A stretch of DNA of 61,279 bases, the filler included. It is 7 parts of 7 records of this genome, joined end to end, with 100 filler letters (N's around TTAATTAATTAA, not from the genome) between each part and the next. Parts side by side here need not be neighbours in the genome. Positions count along the whole stretch, not along the records: positions 23,826 to 27,391 come from SRR7504441_2804; positions 27,492 to 37,363 come from SRR7504441_2806; 5 more parts are not named here. One strand, 5' to 3'. Below are positions 23,894 through 35,085 of this stretch, one piece after another. The translations under genes and the position numbers were made by a program. How positions within the stretch are numbered: position 1 is the first letter of the stretch; the number at the start of each line of letters is the position of its first letter. Under the pieces are notes generated by a model that was not told the origin of the DNA, ran no database searches, and was given only the letters and a program-made list of their open reading frames with translations.

Positions 23894-25279
23894 ATGTCGG
23901 CACGTCCGGCAATTACGCGGCGACGGCACCACTCCCGGCTAGCGAACCCTCAGTCCGTGGACGCAAGGCTCCTTGCGTTCGCCCTGGGGCTGCGCGACGA
24001 GGGCAGCACGATCTACCGGCTCCACCAGTGCGAGCAGCGAGTGCTCAAACAGATCGGCTGGTCTGTCCGCCGACGGGACTGGACCGGGCCTAGCGTCGGA
24101 ATGGACATCTCGCTGGGTCCGCACGGAGACTGCGTGAGTGACCTGGCCGTGACCAGCGACGGCGAGGTAATTGTGGCCGTGGAGGGAAACAAGCTGCGGC
24201 GGTGGTTCAAGGGTGATGGCTGCGGGTTCGAATGCAACGACTCACTACTCCTCATGGGGCATATCAACCACGTCCGTTTCGTGTTGGAGCTCGGTGATGG
24301 CAAAGTCATCTCCGGCTCTAACGACCAATCGCTGAGGGTTTGGACTCCTGGGCAAGGGAACCATCCCAAGGGGCACGAGTCGTGCGTCCAGGTGCTCAAG
24401 GGCCACACCCAGAATATAACCTGTATCGCCGAGCTGCCGGACAACAAGGTGGTGACGGGCTCAAATGACAACAGCTTGCTTGTTTGGGACCTGGCTGATG
24501 AGAAGAGCTCAGAGGCTATTGGATGCATGACAGGGCACACCGAGAGCGTGACTTGTGTGATGGAGCTGTACAACGGCCGGATCATCTCAGGATCGGACGA
24601 TTTCAGCTGCCGGGTGTGGGATCTGGACAGTCTGAGCTGTGTGCATGTGCTTGAGGGGCACAGTCTCTACGTGGCCTGCCTCGCTGCGCTGCCAAACAAC
24701 CTTGCAGTATCCGGCTCGTGGGACTGCTCACTCAGAATCTGGGATACCGAATCCGGCGAGTGCCTGCACATTCTGGGCGAACGGAACGAGGATGGCAAGG
24801 TGGTCAGCGGGCATCCAGATCCGGTTTGCTGTGTGGTGGCAATTGGAACTGACAAAATCGTGTCTGCTGCGGACGACAGGGATGCAAGGGTGTGGCGTGT
24901 AGAGACCGGTGAGTGTCTGCACATCTTGCAGGGCCACACCAACTTCATCAGGTGTTTGGCGCCACTGGGGGGCGATTTGCTCGCAACAGGCTCATGGGAC
25001 AATGACATCAGGGTGTGGGATCCAGAGACTGGGACCATACTCAACGTGCTCAAGGGCCACGAAATGCCGCTCATGTGGATCGAAGAAATGGCCGACGGTG
25101 CACTCATATCTGGCTCGGATGACAAGACGATTGCAATCTGGTACCCTGCCGATGACGAGAGAGCCGAGGAGGCGCAAGACGAGGAAGACGAATACCCCAA
25201 GAAAACTCGTGTTGTGGAACCCAAGGAGGATTTGCTATGGGATGACACGAGTCACGGTTTGCGGAGGGTCGAATATTGA
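23894..25279 (+). CDS. WD40-repeat protein (about 8 GH...WD repeats), possible degenerate F-box-like N-terminus, intronless
   Basis: Repeats such as LKGHTQNITCI...VTGSNDNSLLVWD and LEGHSLYVACL...SGSWDCSLRIWD. Confidence 0.9.
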   Translation: MSARPAITRRRHHSRLANPQSVDARLLAFALGLRDEGSTIYRLHQCEQRVLKQIGWSVRRRDWTGPSVGMDISLGPHGDCVSDLAVTSDGEVIVAVEGNKLRRWFKGDGCGFECNDSLLLMGHINHVRFVLELGDGKVISGSNDQSLRVWTPGQGNHPKGHESCVQVLKGHTQNITCIAELPDNKVVTGSNDNSLLVWDLADEKSSEAIGCMTGHTESVTCVMELYNGRIISGSDDFSCRVWDLDSLSCVHVLEGHSLYVACLAALPNNLAVSGSWDCSLRIWDTESGECLHILGERNEDGKVVSGHPDPVCCVVAIGTDKIVSAADDRDARVWRVETGECLHILQGHTNFIRCLAPLGGDLLATGSWDNDIRVWDPETGTILNVLKGHEMPLMWIEEMADGALISGSDDKTIAIWYPADDERAEEAQDEEDEYPKKTRVVEPKEDLLWDDTSHGLRRVEY

Positions 25280-25506
25280 ATGCATGCGAATCAATCACAT
25301 ACAGGTTCCATTTTGGGTTTCCACGAAACCATCAAAGATCAAAGTCATTCAATGCATTATCATTTACTTATACATGACAATGCGAGTGCTTGGCATATTG
25401 CAACAATTATTTGAACATCGATTGGAATTATAAAACTGAAGGATTTTTAGGTTCATTGACTAAGCATCGTTCATTCAAGATCGTAGCCTTTATAGCTGTA
25501 TATTAA

Positions 25507-27157
25507 TCACCAGAAGGGAAACTTGGTCATTATTAGCGAGTCATGCTCCTTTACAATCCACCTGCAGGCATCGGATATGTCAAGCAATGGCTCATAATGA
25601 TTCGAGCACCGCCGCAATCTGCTGAACGCATCGAAGGCGAGCCGCTTGGTGACTAGAGGGGAGAATGCCGCATGAAGCTCATACTCTTTGGTCACCATGG
25701 TAAAGATTACTTCACTCTGGCTCTGATAGAAGTACTGTCGAAGCATCGAATTCCCAGGCCGGTGGATGTGAGAATGGATGTGCTGGTACAAACGAAACAG
25801 CCGCTGATGAGACACCTGCAGCCAGCAGCCAGCCAAGTCGGGGCCCGTGCTCAGTGTGTGCTGACCTTGCTAACATATGGAGTATCGAATCGGGGCATCG
25901 TGTATTGCTGCTCTTTGATGGAAAAGTACACAAAGTGGTACAGGTCGGGGATCTGGCATTCAGCCACCGCCCAATCAAACTCCCTGCCCACTCTGTGTGC
26001 CAGGTTATTGAGGATGTCGCGACTGACGAGGGCTTTCTCGATCTGACCAGATATGATCAACGGCTGATCACACCGGGTGGCACCTGTTGGCGGCACTCGG
26101 CCAGACTGTAGAACTCGCTCTGCTTTGTGGTGAGCAGCACAAGACAGAGCTCCGGCCTGACAAGCTGGCTCGACAAAGCTGCGCAGCCAGTCCGCTCACC
26201 GGACGTAGCAGATGTACGCATGAAAGTATCCGCCTGGATTGAAAGTGGGCAGACAAACAGGCGCCCAAGTCTCCGAATTGCTGCGGCCGGATCAGCTGAT
26301 TTGGCCCGAGGAGCACCGGAATGATTCAGACGAATGGATATAGTTCATCAGTACAAGCAGGTCTGAAGGCGGCAGCACGTGCTCCTGGGGCCTCACCACC
26401 GAGACCATTTTGTTGCGCGACATGAGCATGGCGAATGTGAGCGAGTCCGGTCTGGCCTCTCGGAGCACTTGAGCCACCTGCGCTCGGCTGCCGCCAGCTG
26501 TGCCAGCCCGACACCTCAGCTCGTTTCTTGGGCGGGAGCCGCAAGCACTGAAACCCGTCGAGCAGGAAAGACATGTCTGAGCCGAGCAGCGAGATCATCC
26601 CGTGCATGTGCTTCTCAGTCCCGGCCATCACCCGGGCCAAGTCAAACCCGCCTCGGCTCTGAAATCCGTGCTGGATTGCCACCTGGGCCGGCTGGATCAG
26701 TGCTGCTAGCCCCGGGGTCGACCTCGGTCAGGTTGCTGACGATGGTCCGATAGAGGTAGTCCAGCTGCATCTGGAGGTACCTGCCCCCGCTCCCGACGAG
26801 CAGCCACGGTGCGCACCTGGGCGACTCGCCAGTGCTGGCCACGCACACCATTATAATCGAGCCCTTCACGCTGAATATGAACCGGTGTTTGCCCGCAACG
26901 ATGTATCGGAGTTCGTCCCCCCGTTGGTGCCGCGCGAACGCTGTGATGGCCACGATGATCCCCATGAAGTCGCTCAGATCACTTGCGTCTCCGTACCTCG
27001 AGAATATCGGCCGGCCAGCGTCCGACACCAAGAAAAAGTGCTTCTTTCGGACCTGGAAGAACTCGGCCGTGCTCATCTCCTCTTCCTGATCGGGCTGCTC
27101 CTCCCCAGCGTCATCCTCAGGCGCCTCTGCTGGGCTGGCCTCATCCGTCCCCTCCAT
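25507..27157 (-). CDS. MON1: Vacuolar fusion protein MON1/SAND (Rab7 GEF subunit)
   Basis: KKHFFLVSDAGRPIFSRYGD, YLQMQLDYLY, FDLARVMAGTEK, LPPSDLLVLMNYI, PDLYHFVY, YELHAAFSPLVTK; multiple short introns. Confidence 0.92.
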
Positions 27158-27391
27158 CCACAGTGCAGCTGCGAGTCAGCCTGCTGGAACCGGAGCGGCG
27201 CAACACAACCGACGGCCGAGGCCGCAGCAAGCGCCAGGGGAGTGCTTGCGCACTGGACCGAGCCCACCGGTAGGCTTGTCTGTATTCTACCGTTGGGAGA
27301 CGATTGCACTGCGCGGGTAAGTATCCTTCCTGCCGTACTCGTATACAGTACCTGCTAAGGCTATTCCCTATGGGGCTAGAATTCTAGACCT

Positions 27392-27491
27392 NNNNNNNNN
27401 NNNNNNNNNNNNNNNNNNNNNNNNNNNNNNNNNNNTTAATTAATTAANNNNNNNNNNNNNNNNNNNNNNNNNNNNNNNNNNNNNNNNNNNN
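27392..27491. other. Artificial contig spacer
   Basis: N44-TTAATTAATTAA-N44. Confidence 0.97.
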
Positions 27492-27509
27492 AGCGTAGGG
27501 CACGCGACA

Positions 27510-28266
27510 ATGCACGCCACGCGGACTCGGGGGGCCAACCGGAACCGGAGCATCCCGCAGACCCGGGAGGCGCTGCATCAGGACCTCGAGCGCGTGGCCC
27601 AGGAGCGGGGCAGCGGCGGGCTGGAGGCGCACCGGGCGGCCCATCCCGGCCCTGTGTTCGGGGTGCCGCTGGCGGAGGCCGTGGCCACCTCGGACCCAGC
27701 GGGGCTGGTCCCCTCGCCGGTTCGGATGATCTGCGCCTGGATCGAGGAGCGCGGGCTCGACACCGAGGGCATCTTCAGGCGAGCGCTCCAACAGCCGCCT
27801 GGGTGAGTGGCCGGCCAGGATCCCAGGCTCGCGGGCAGAGGTGAAGAAGCTGGCACAGAGGTTTGACAGCGACCCGGCCGCCTGTCTGCCGCCGGATATG
27901 CCGGCGCACAACGTGGCAAGCCTGCTAGTCAAGTTCTTCATGGAGGCCGAGAAGAAAGGGCACTTCCTGTGGGGCCCGTCGGCCGGCGAGGCAGCCGCAT
28001 GGGAGAAGGACTTCAAGGAGCTGGCCAAGAAGCAACGGAAGCACCCGGAGAACATCGTGGCCGGGGTGAAGCAGCTGGTGGAGAGGCTAGGCCCGATGGA
28101 GGCCAACACCTGGAAGCTGATCTGCGGGATGCTAAACAAGGTGGCGGCGCACGGCGAACAAAACAAAATGGACGCCAAGAAGCTCGGGCTCTGCCTGAAT
28201 ATGCGGCTGCAGGGTGTGCTCATCTGGATGATCGACCATTTTGACGAGGTGTTTGCCGACATCTGA
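27510..28266 (+). CDS. RhoGAP domain protein (5' end may be truncated)
   Basis: VFGVPL...VPSPVRMICAWIEERGLDTEGIFR|IPGSRAEVKKL...HNVASLLVKFF...NKMDAKKLGLC. A 40-nt GC-AG intron (27779-27818) splits the arginine-finger codon. Confidence 0.92.
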
Positions 28267-28550
28267 ACCTGCTCGTACGCAATTGAATATTATTGAGCCC
28301 GCAGCGATGTACGAGTAGTTCGACGATGCGCAAGTGTAGTGCAAGTGTGGGAAAACACCGGACCGGAGAAGTCTGGAATGGTCTCTTGTGTTATACGATC
28401 ATCATCACATTGATTGATTTCTAGTGTTAGCTTGTTACATGTACTAAATTCAGTTCTCTAGAGATCAGTGGCGGTCATCCGTGTGAGGCTCAATTGAATC
28501 ATTGTACTTGTAATCATGTACTGTATATGGCAGTACGGTACGAGCATTTA

Positions 28551-31001
28551 TCATGTAACGTTCCCACGAAGTGCGAGCATTGCGTCGGCCATGACCGGTT
28601 CGTTCTCTCTTAGCTTTTTGATGTATTCGAAGGTCGTGACCCCACGAAATGTGTGAACTGCCTGCTGCAGCATAATTGCAGCAGCGAATAAGCCACCCGC
28701 CAAACCAACTCCCCACAGAATGAGACACAAGCTGTACAACGCCACACCATATCCTTCGACCAGCCTGCTGCTTTGTGCCCCTAAGATCGACCGAGAGGTA
28801 CCCCAGATCGATATGCTAATCGTAGCTGTAAGCAAAATGAGCCAGAGCATGAACCAGTGAGCGTTGTTTTGACCCACGCATGAATTGATCCACGGGCAAT
28901 GATGATCGAACTTTCTCACGCAGACCCCGCAACGGGCGCAATGCTTACTCCTCAGCTCGGCCGGACGTCTCACGTTACAGGCAATACAGTAGGCGCCCTC
29001 ACTAGTAGTTTCTTGGTGCGTGCAAGCTCCTGGGTCTACAGCGCTGCAAATGGCATGCACAGCCAGTGTCGCCAGCCACAGCACGTACAAGAGCTCAACG
29101 CTGATCGGCATGTCTTCCTCGCATTGAGTGGCTTTCATATAAAACACGCAGACAGGCACGCTCACACCAAAGAGTAGATAAAAAAGCGCAATTGGAATAA
29201 ATTGGTGCACCTGCCGATCCAAATAAGGCGACTAGGCCTGAAGCAGAGTGATCACCTCATAGCCCCAGAACTCATAGCCTTCTCTCTCGACCAGCATCCA
29301 CTGCATGAACCAGTTGGTCTCGAGAGCCCGGCGCGTCATCAAAATGCCATGCAAGTGCCCGTGCGGGTCTGGAAGCTCGCACAGACGGGTGTGGGTGCTC
29401 TGCTCATCGACGCTGTTAGCATTCAACGAGCACCGCTTGGTCACCTATACGAGCAACCACTGAGCAAGATAGGGGCACCGACGATGAGGAAATAAACTAA
29501 ACAAACCCTAACCCTAAAGATAGGAGCACCGACCATGAGGAAATAAAAGAGGTCGTAATAGTCGTGCTGCACACAATCCCTGTCTTGTGCAATGAACTTA
29601 TCAAGAGGAGTGCTTCCCGTCTGATCCAAGGCGTTCACGTCTGCCCCTAGCCTGACCAACTGCTTCACCTGCACACTGCAACTGAGCCCTAACCGCTTCA
29701 GTCCTAATACCACAAAGCTCGGTCTCGAGAGCGCTGCGTGGAGCAACGTGCTCCCTCCATTCAACCGGCTATTGACCTGCCAGGCACCAGCCATGGCTAC
29801 ATCTTGAACTCAGCCAGGGCAGTCACCGGGAATCCTCTCTTCAGTATGCTCATTGCTGTGTCCCGATCAGGCAGCTGCACTGATTGGTGCAGAATTTGGC
29901 TCAGTCGAGACAGTTCGCTCTCGCCCCAATCTTCAAAGTTGGACAGTTTGAGCTCGCTGCCGAATTGGTATTTGGCTGCAGGGCCGATCCAACTGCCATC
30001 CCAGCCAAACAGCTGGAGCTCCGACACGTCCAGCCCATGCTCGAGGCTCGGAGCCCACACTCGATCGAGCACCCGACCAGTCCAGGATGCAGCCGACAGG
30101 TGCGCTCGCCTAGACGTATTGTGAGCTTGGTCAGCGAACGCAACCCGCTCGACGTGGACGCCCAGCTCGCCCTGTGGGGCGGTCAGCTGGGCGGGTTGGG
30201 GCTTACCAGCAGCCTGGCTTGGCCCTGCGCGAAGTTTGGCTGGATGAGCGGATCCAGCATTCCATGCCCAAACCAGACAGGCGTGCGCAGGTTGTCAGGT
30301 CTCCACGTATAAGGTATGGCAAACCCTAATCCAGTCTCGCAGAACACCTGGGTCACACCGGTCAGTTCAGCGGTGAGTGCTCAGAGGAGCCTGGTATGAG
30401 CACGGTATATAGCCGGAGTGGCAGACCACGCACCACAGAGGGCGTGGCGAAGCGGCGAGTGCTACATACAGCGCCAGTGCAGCGCCTTGGCTGAATCCGC
30501 CGACCGCAATCCTAGGCCGCCTGGCTGTCAGCAGGTGCAGCCCGCGGGCACCTGGCGTAGTCAACCCCAGCAGCCACCTCAGCTTCTATCAGCTGGACCA
30601 CGGCAGCGGCGGCAGCAGCCACAGCGGTCCGGTCCTCCTTGTTCCGCAGGGTGTAGTTTTGCATGTCCCACCATCCGCGCGCGAACGCCCTGTGCATCCC
30701 GAGCCAAATCTCGCTCGCTTCAGGGACCACGAAGCGCGTTTCTGGGGCACGCTGGGCGTAAAGGCAGGCCGGCTAAGTTGGCTGCGACCTGGCATTTGGG
30801 AGGCCATTATGCGCGCCACGGCCAGTCCGTCGCGTGCGGTCTGGCTGATTCCGTGCAGCCTGCTCCGGCTCCGGCCGGCAGATGAGGGCGGCACCAGATG
30901 AGGGCAAACTTGGGCCGGGCAGCAGGCTGCAGAGTGAGCGGGAGCTGGTCCGCACTAGTGGCTGACCAGCTGTTCCATGTCTGCGATATTCTGCTCGTCA
31001 T
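28551..31001 (-). CDS. Fusion protein: acyl-protein thioesterase/LYPLA-like alpha/beta hydrolase + ankyrin repeats + DHHC palmitoyltransferase (~674 aa)
   Basis: Exons 31001-30895, 30859-30789, 30741-30552, 30511-30391, 30347-30207, 30171-29827, 29776-29711, 29668-29534, 29444-29256 and 29210-28551 total 2025 nt, phase-consistent with no internal stop. Motifs: LIWLHG, GWWD, IAVGGFSQGAALAL, VWFGHGMLDPLI, DQAH; ankyrin GSTLLHAA and GADVNALDQTGSTPL; RSKHCARCGVCVRKFDHHCPWINSCVG; GVTTFE. Confidence 0.88.
29466..29547. repeat. 31-bp direct duplication flanking a 20-bp telomere-like (CCCTAA) insert at an intron 5' boundary
   Basis: aagataggggcaccgacgatgaggaaataaa (29466-29496) and aagataggagcaccgaccatgaggaaataaa (29517-29547) differ at 2 positions and are separated by ctaaacaaaccctaacccta. 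Confidence 0.9.
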
Positions 31002-31114
31002 CGTGGGCTGCTCCGGCCGAGCCGCCATACCGGCGAACCTGAGATGATAACGGAACCCCCGGCGATACTCATCACACTTGTGGGGTGCTGTCCGACAGGG
31101 GTGTCCTTAGGACA

Positions 31115-32234
31115 ATGGGTGGGGTGCTGTCCGAGGAGGAGGACGAGCATGAGAGCCTGGCCGGCTTCCTGGCGGCCAACCCTCAGTACAAGCTGGCCCC
31201 GGGCCCCAGAGTGGACCGTTGGGAACAGCTGCGTGAGGCAGCCTACCAGGCAGACCTGCAGCCGCTCGAGGCCAGCTGCTGTCTCGGGCTGACTGGCCGG
31301 GACCTTGCCGGCCGGCCGGTGCTCACGGTGGCGCCCCAACTGATCGAGCGTGGAGAGGGTACCCCCGAGCAGCTGCTCATGCTGGCTCTCCGGTTCGCGG
31401 AGGACGTCGAGCTGTTGGATTCGCCGTGGACGCTGTTGTACTGCCGCAGCTGCAGGGGGGCCCGGGGCCGGCTCGACCCGCAGCTGGCGCCCGATCGGGT
31501 GTGCGCGTGGCTACAGATGGTGCCGGGGCCCAAACTGTCCAACTTGGCCGCGATCTGGCTGCTGCACCCGATGGAGGGCTGGTCGAGGAGCCTGTTCGAG
31601 GGCACTCCATGGGAGGACAAGCTCCAACTGGCCCAATCGCCGGCCCAGCTGGCCGAGGCAATGCACAAGGTGCCCGGCCGGCCCGGCCACCACTCAGACC
31701 GGGCAGCGCCGGATCGTGCTGCCCAGCTTGGCCTATTCTGAGAGCGGCACAGGGCCAGCAGCACAGGTCAGCTGGCTGCTCGGCTGATTGACTGAGCGAC
31801 CGCAGCTGGCAGATCGGAACCGGCAGCGGCTGTGGACCGGGCTGGTTGGCCCGCAGCACTCGGGCCGCTGGCGGAGGCTGGCCGAGCGGAACAAGCAGTG
31901 TATCGCCCAACTGCAAACCGAGCTGCGTGGGGCTCAAGGAGGCACCCGTGACGCAATGACCAGAGACCTGCACACTCTTCAGAAAGAGACCCGCCGGCTC
32001 GACAAGCTAGTAGCCAAATGGGAGCTGCCAAAGAGCGGACCTGGTTCAGCAGCCGAGCAGTTCAGCGGGCCGGATCAATTGTCATACTTTAGTGAGATGC
32101 AGAGGCGGCATGAAGCAAAGGCCGAGCAACTAGTAGGGGAGCTTGGCGACAAGCTGGACGCGCCGCTCGCGTACGTCGCGATGCAGAGTGTGAACCAATC
32201 CGACCATCCGATGCCATCCGGTCGAGATAGTTGA
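31115..32234 (+). CDS. CRAL-TRIO/BCH (Sec14-like) domain protein with C-terminal coiled coil
   Basis: GRDLAGRPVLTV...LLMLALRF...PWTLLYC...NLAAIWLLHP matches the BCH/CRAL_TRIO_2 pattern. MGGVLS start; two short introns. Confidence 0.7.
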
Positions 32235-32408
32235 CACATGCGTGTTCTCGTAATTTAACTATTCGTAATTCATACTTGAATGTGATTTTACTCTTCATGA
32301 TCATGACAAGACTTAGTCTGTGTATAGTCTGTTTAAGTAATTAAGTTGCGTATTTAGAGTTTCAAACACATGTGTTTGCGTAATGAGATGGTATATATGG
32401 CAACGTCG

Positions 32409-33474
32409 CTAGTATTCCCCTTGCTCGGCCTGGCCACACACGAGCACAATCACTTTAGCAAGAGCAACACCGGCACTCACTTGACCGAAATAATGCCCTA
32501 CGATTGCTATCGCGATATTGAGATGGCAAACCGCATCACGCTTATCCGGACTTGCAGCATCCGCCTCTGCTGTTGAGCCTATCACACACGACCCGGGCCG
32601 CTCGGTGGCACCAATAGCGTCCAAAGGCGCCAGCTTGGCTCGAGTTTGACTCGCTTCTCTAAGTATTTGCCTAAACCGCCAGTTTCAGTGTCGATTCGAG
32701 CAGTCAGGCCACCTCATCGTGCTCTGGACCCGTGGCTCTAGCAGCCAGTCCAACCGGCACAACAACGCAAACAGCCACTCGGCGCTGCCGAGCTTTTCTA
32801 GGGCGGGAGCACGGGCTGGCCGGACCTGGATTGCTGCCGTACGCCGCCATCGCACTGCTCCACCAGCCATACCCCAGAATGCTGGATCACCGCTGCTGCT
32901 GTCGCCTGCCCAACGGCTCACCAGGCCCGCCCTGGTCTCTGGGACCGGCGAAATCTGGCATATCAACCCGAAACTAACCCGGCGTTGGGTCCACTCGGCG
33001 GGCTCTTCCGGGGCGCCGTCGGCCCCAGCCATCACCACTCGCCAGCCAGCCTGGTCGGAACCCCCGGGCAGCTGGCTGGGCGGCACCCCCTCCGCCTGGC
33101 TGACCGCGTACTCGAGCTCTTCGCGCAGCGTGTCAAACGCTGTCAGGAACTGATCGCACCAGGCCTCCGAAGGCTCCAGCCCCGGCGGCGGCAGGGCCAC
33201 TGGCTCAATCTGAGGAACGTACCCGCCGGCCATCGATGCCAGCCCGGCTAGCGCGTCTGGGTCAGCCACTACGTTGTCTGGGTATCCGCGCGCTTCGGCC
33301 ATCACTTGACGCAGGTACATCTCGCCGTCCTGTAGCCGGCTCAGGCTGGCCGGGCCGCCGAACGACCAGCGGTGGCCCGTCGATGGGCTGGTCGCTTTGC
33401 TGCACTCCGAGCGACGGGAGGGGCATGCTATAGCCATCGTCGTCCGGAGGCGCGGTGTACACCACTGCAGGCAT
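32409..33474 (-). CDS. GEMIN2: Gemin2 / SIP1 (SMN-complex subunit)
   Basis: PPL|DGEMYLRQVMAEARGYPDNVVA, PSEAWCDQFLTAFDTLR, AEWLFALLCRLDWLL, IAIVGHYFGQ. Confidence 0.85.
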
Positions 33475-33573
33475 CGAGTCCGTCCGCGGGTGGTGCCCTC
33501 GGTCCGGTCCGCAGCACAGCCGCAGCGGGCTGCCGGTTGGGATCTCCGATTTTATTAAATCGAGGCCCGGGCT

Positions 33574-35085
33574 ATGATGTCAGCTTGTTGGTGGCTGCTC
33601 CAGCTTGCGGTCGGCGGGCTGGCGGTGCTCCATGCGGACCTGAGCGGGCGGGTGCTCTGGCTCTGGATGCTCGCCGCGCAGGGGCTGTACAGCTGGTCGG
33701 CCGGTCCGGTAGCTAGCTTGCTCGGGGTGGTCAGCATGACGAGCTTGTTGGCGGTGTTCAGCATGTCGTGGGATAAGGTCTGGAGCACGTTCATACTCCC
33801 GCCGGCCTGCACGCTGCTCATGCTAACAGTCTGGTACGCGGTCGGACGCGCCACGTACGGACTGCGCTACGCCCTCTGGCTGGTGCGGCTGTTCGCCTGG
33901 CTGATGGTGGGCTGCGCGATGGCGGCACAGGCCCAAGCGCTCACTGGCCGACTGACCGCCGGCTGGCTGCTGGATCGGCTCCCGCCGGTCAGCCTGCTGC
34001 CCACCACGGTCTGCGCCAGCTACGTGGTGACCTACAACCACAGCCGGCGGGCCGATAAGCTCCCGACCATCTGCGCAAATGCGGCCGGGCTTGGCCCGTG
34101 CTACTACGTGATCGGCCCGCCGCGCCAGCTGTCCAAGTCGTCGGTGTTTAGGTTCGTTGATGCCCGGACTGGCAGCAGCTCGGATCTGCGGCCGTGGCTC
34201 GACCCTCGCGACATGGTCACAAACATAGAGTCTTGGGCGCCCGAGTTCCGGCCCACCTCGGCCTGGGGCTCGGCCAGCAATCCATCGCTGGCCCTGACCC
34301 ACCTGGCGGCAGTCCACCACTTCCTGGCCGGCTCGGGCGCTCTCGGGCGACACCCTTCCGAGCGAAAGTCTAACTGCGCCGCGCTGATAATGGAGGACGA
34401 CGCCATTATCGAGCCCCAATTCGAATCGGAGCTGCGGAGCGCACTCGGCCGGATCAGGCCGGCCTGGGACTTTCTATCGCTCGAGTACCCGGACTGGTGC
34501 TTTGACGGGTCGCTCTTTGGGCTGCGCTCGCTGGCAGACTCGAACGGGAATCGGTTTGTAAAGGGAGCGCCGATTGTTGAGCGGGAGCTGGTGTACTTCC
34601 CCGCAGGGACCATCTCGGGCGCGTATACCGGCGGGTACCTGGTGTCCTCTCGCGGGGCCCAAAGGATCCTGGAAGCGGCCCCGGTGGACCGGAACATCGA
34701 CCAGTGGGTCAATCTGATTGCGATGCAGGGCCAAATCGTGCAGTTTGTCTGGTGCGTGCTGCCGCCGCTGGTCAAGCAAGCCAACCTCAGAATGTTCGCC
34801 AACGAGCCATTCTACGTGCCATCGGAGGTGGACAACTTCCACATCGACGGCCCGCGTTCAGTGTGGTACGTTGTGGTCGGGTGGAAGCTACTCTGGTGCC
34901 TGCCTGTAGTCGTGCTACTGATCGGACTAATCGAGTGGCGGCACGACTGCCAAACCGCCGACAAGGGCAAAGAGCCGTCTCTCATCGCAAGTTGGCGGAA
35001 GCGTATAGCAGCTTGGGACAAGAGGAGTCGCCTGAGACGGTCGTACTTAGTCTCAGACTTATCTCCTCGATTATCTCCTGTATGA
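33574..35085 (+). CDS. Glycosyltransferase family 25-like enzyme with N-terminal multi-TM region and C-terminal TM, intronless
   Basis: SLALTHLAA, ALIMEDDA (DxD-type), WDFLSL, YTGGYLVSSRGAQRIL, NIDQW; hydrophobic N-terminal ~120 aa. Confidence 0.75.
   Translation: MMSACWWLLQLAVGGLAVLHADLSGRVLWLWMLAAQGLYSWSAGPVASLLGVVSMTSLLAVFSMSWDKVWSTFILPPACTLLMLTVWYAVGRATYGLRYALWLVRLFAWLMVGCAMAAQAQALTGRLTAGWLLDRLPPVSLLPTTVCASYVVTYNHSRRADKLPTICANAAGLGPCYYVIGPPRQLSKSSVFRFVDARTGSSSDLRPWLDPRDMVTNIESWAPEFRPTSAWGSASNPSLALTHLAAVHHFLAGSGALGRHPSERKSNCAALIMEDDAIIEPQFESELRSALGRIRPAWDFLSLEYPDWCFDGSLFGLRSLADSNGNRFVKGAPIVERELVYFPAGTISGAYTGGYLVSSRGAQRILEAAPVDRNIDQWVNLIAMQGQIVQFVWCVLPPLVKQANLRMFANEPFYVPSEVDNFHIDGPRSVWYVVVGWKLLWCLPVVVLLIGLIEWRHDCQTADKGKEPSLIASWRKRIAAWDKRSRLRRSYLVSDLSPRLSPV

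Noticed and set aside
29797-30564. Thioesterase and DHHC as two separate adjacent genes, as the ORF track implies
   Set aside because: The exon bearing the hydrolase catalytic His continues without a stop toward the ankyrin region. All intervening stops fall within typical short introns, and there is no AT-rich 3' region like those ending other genes.
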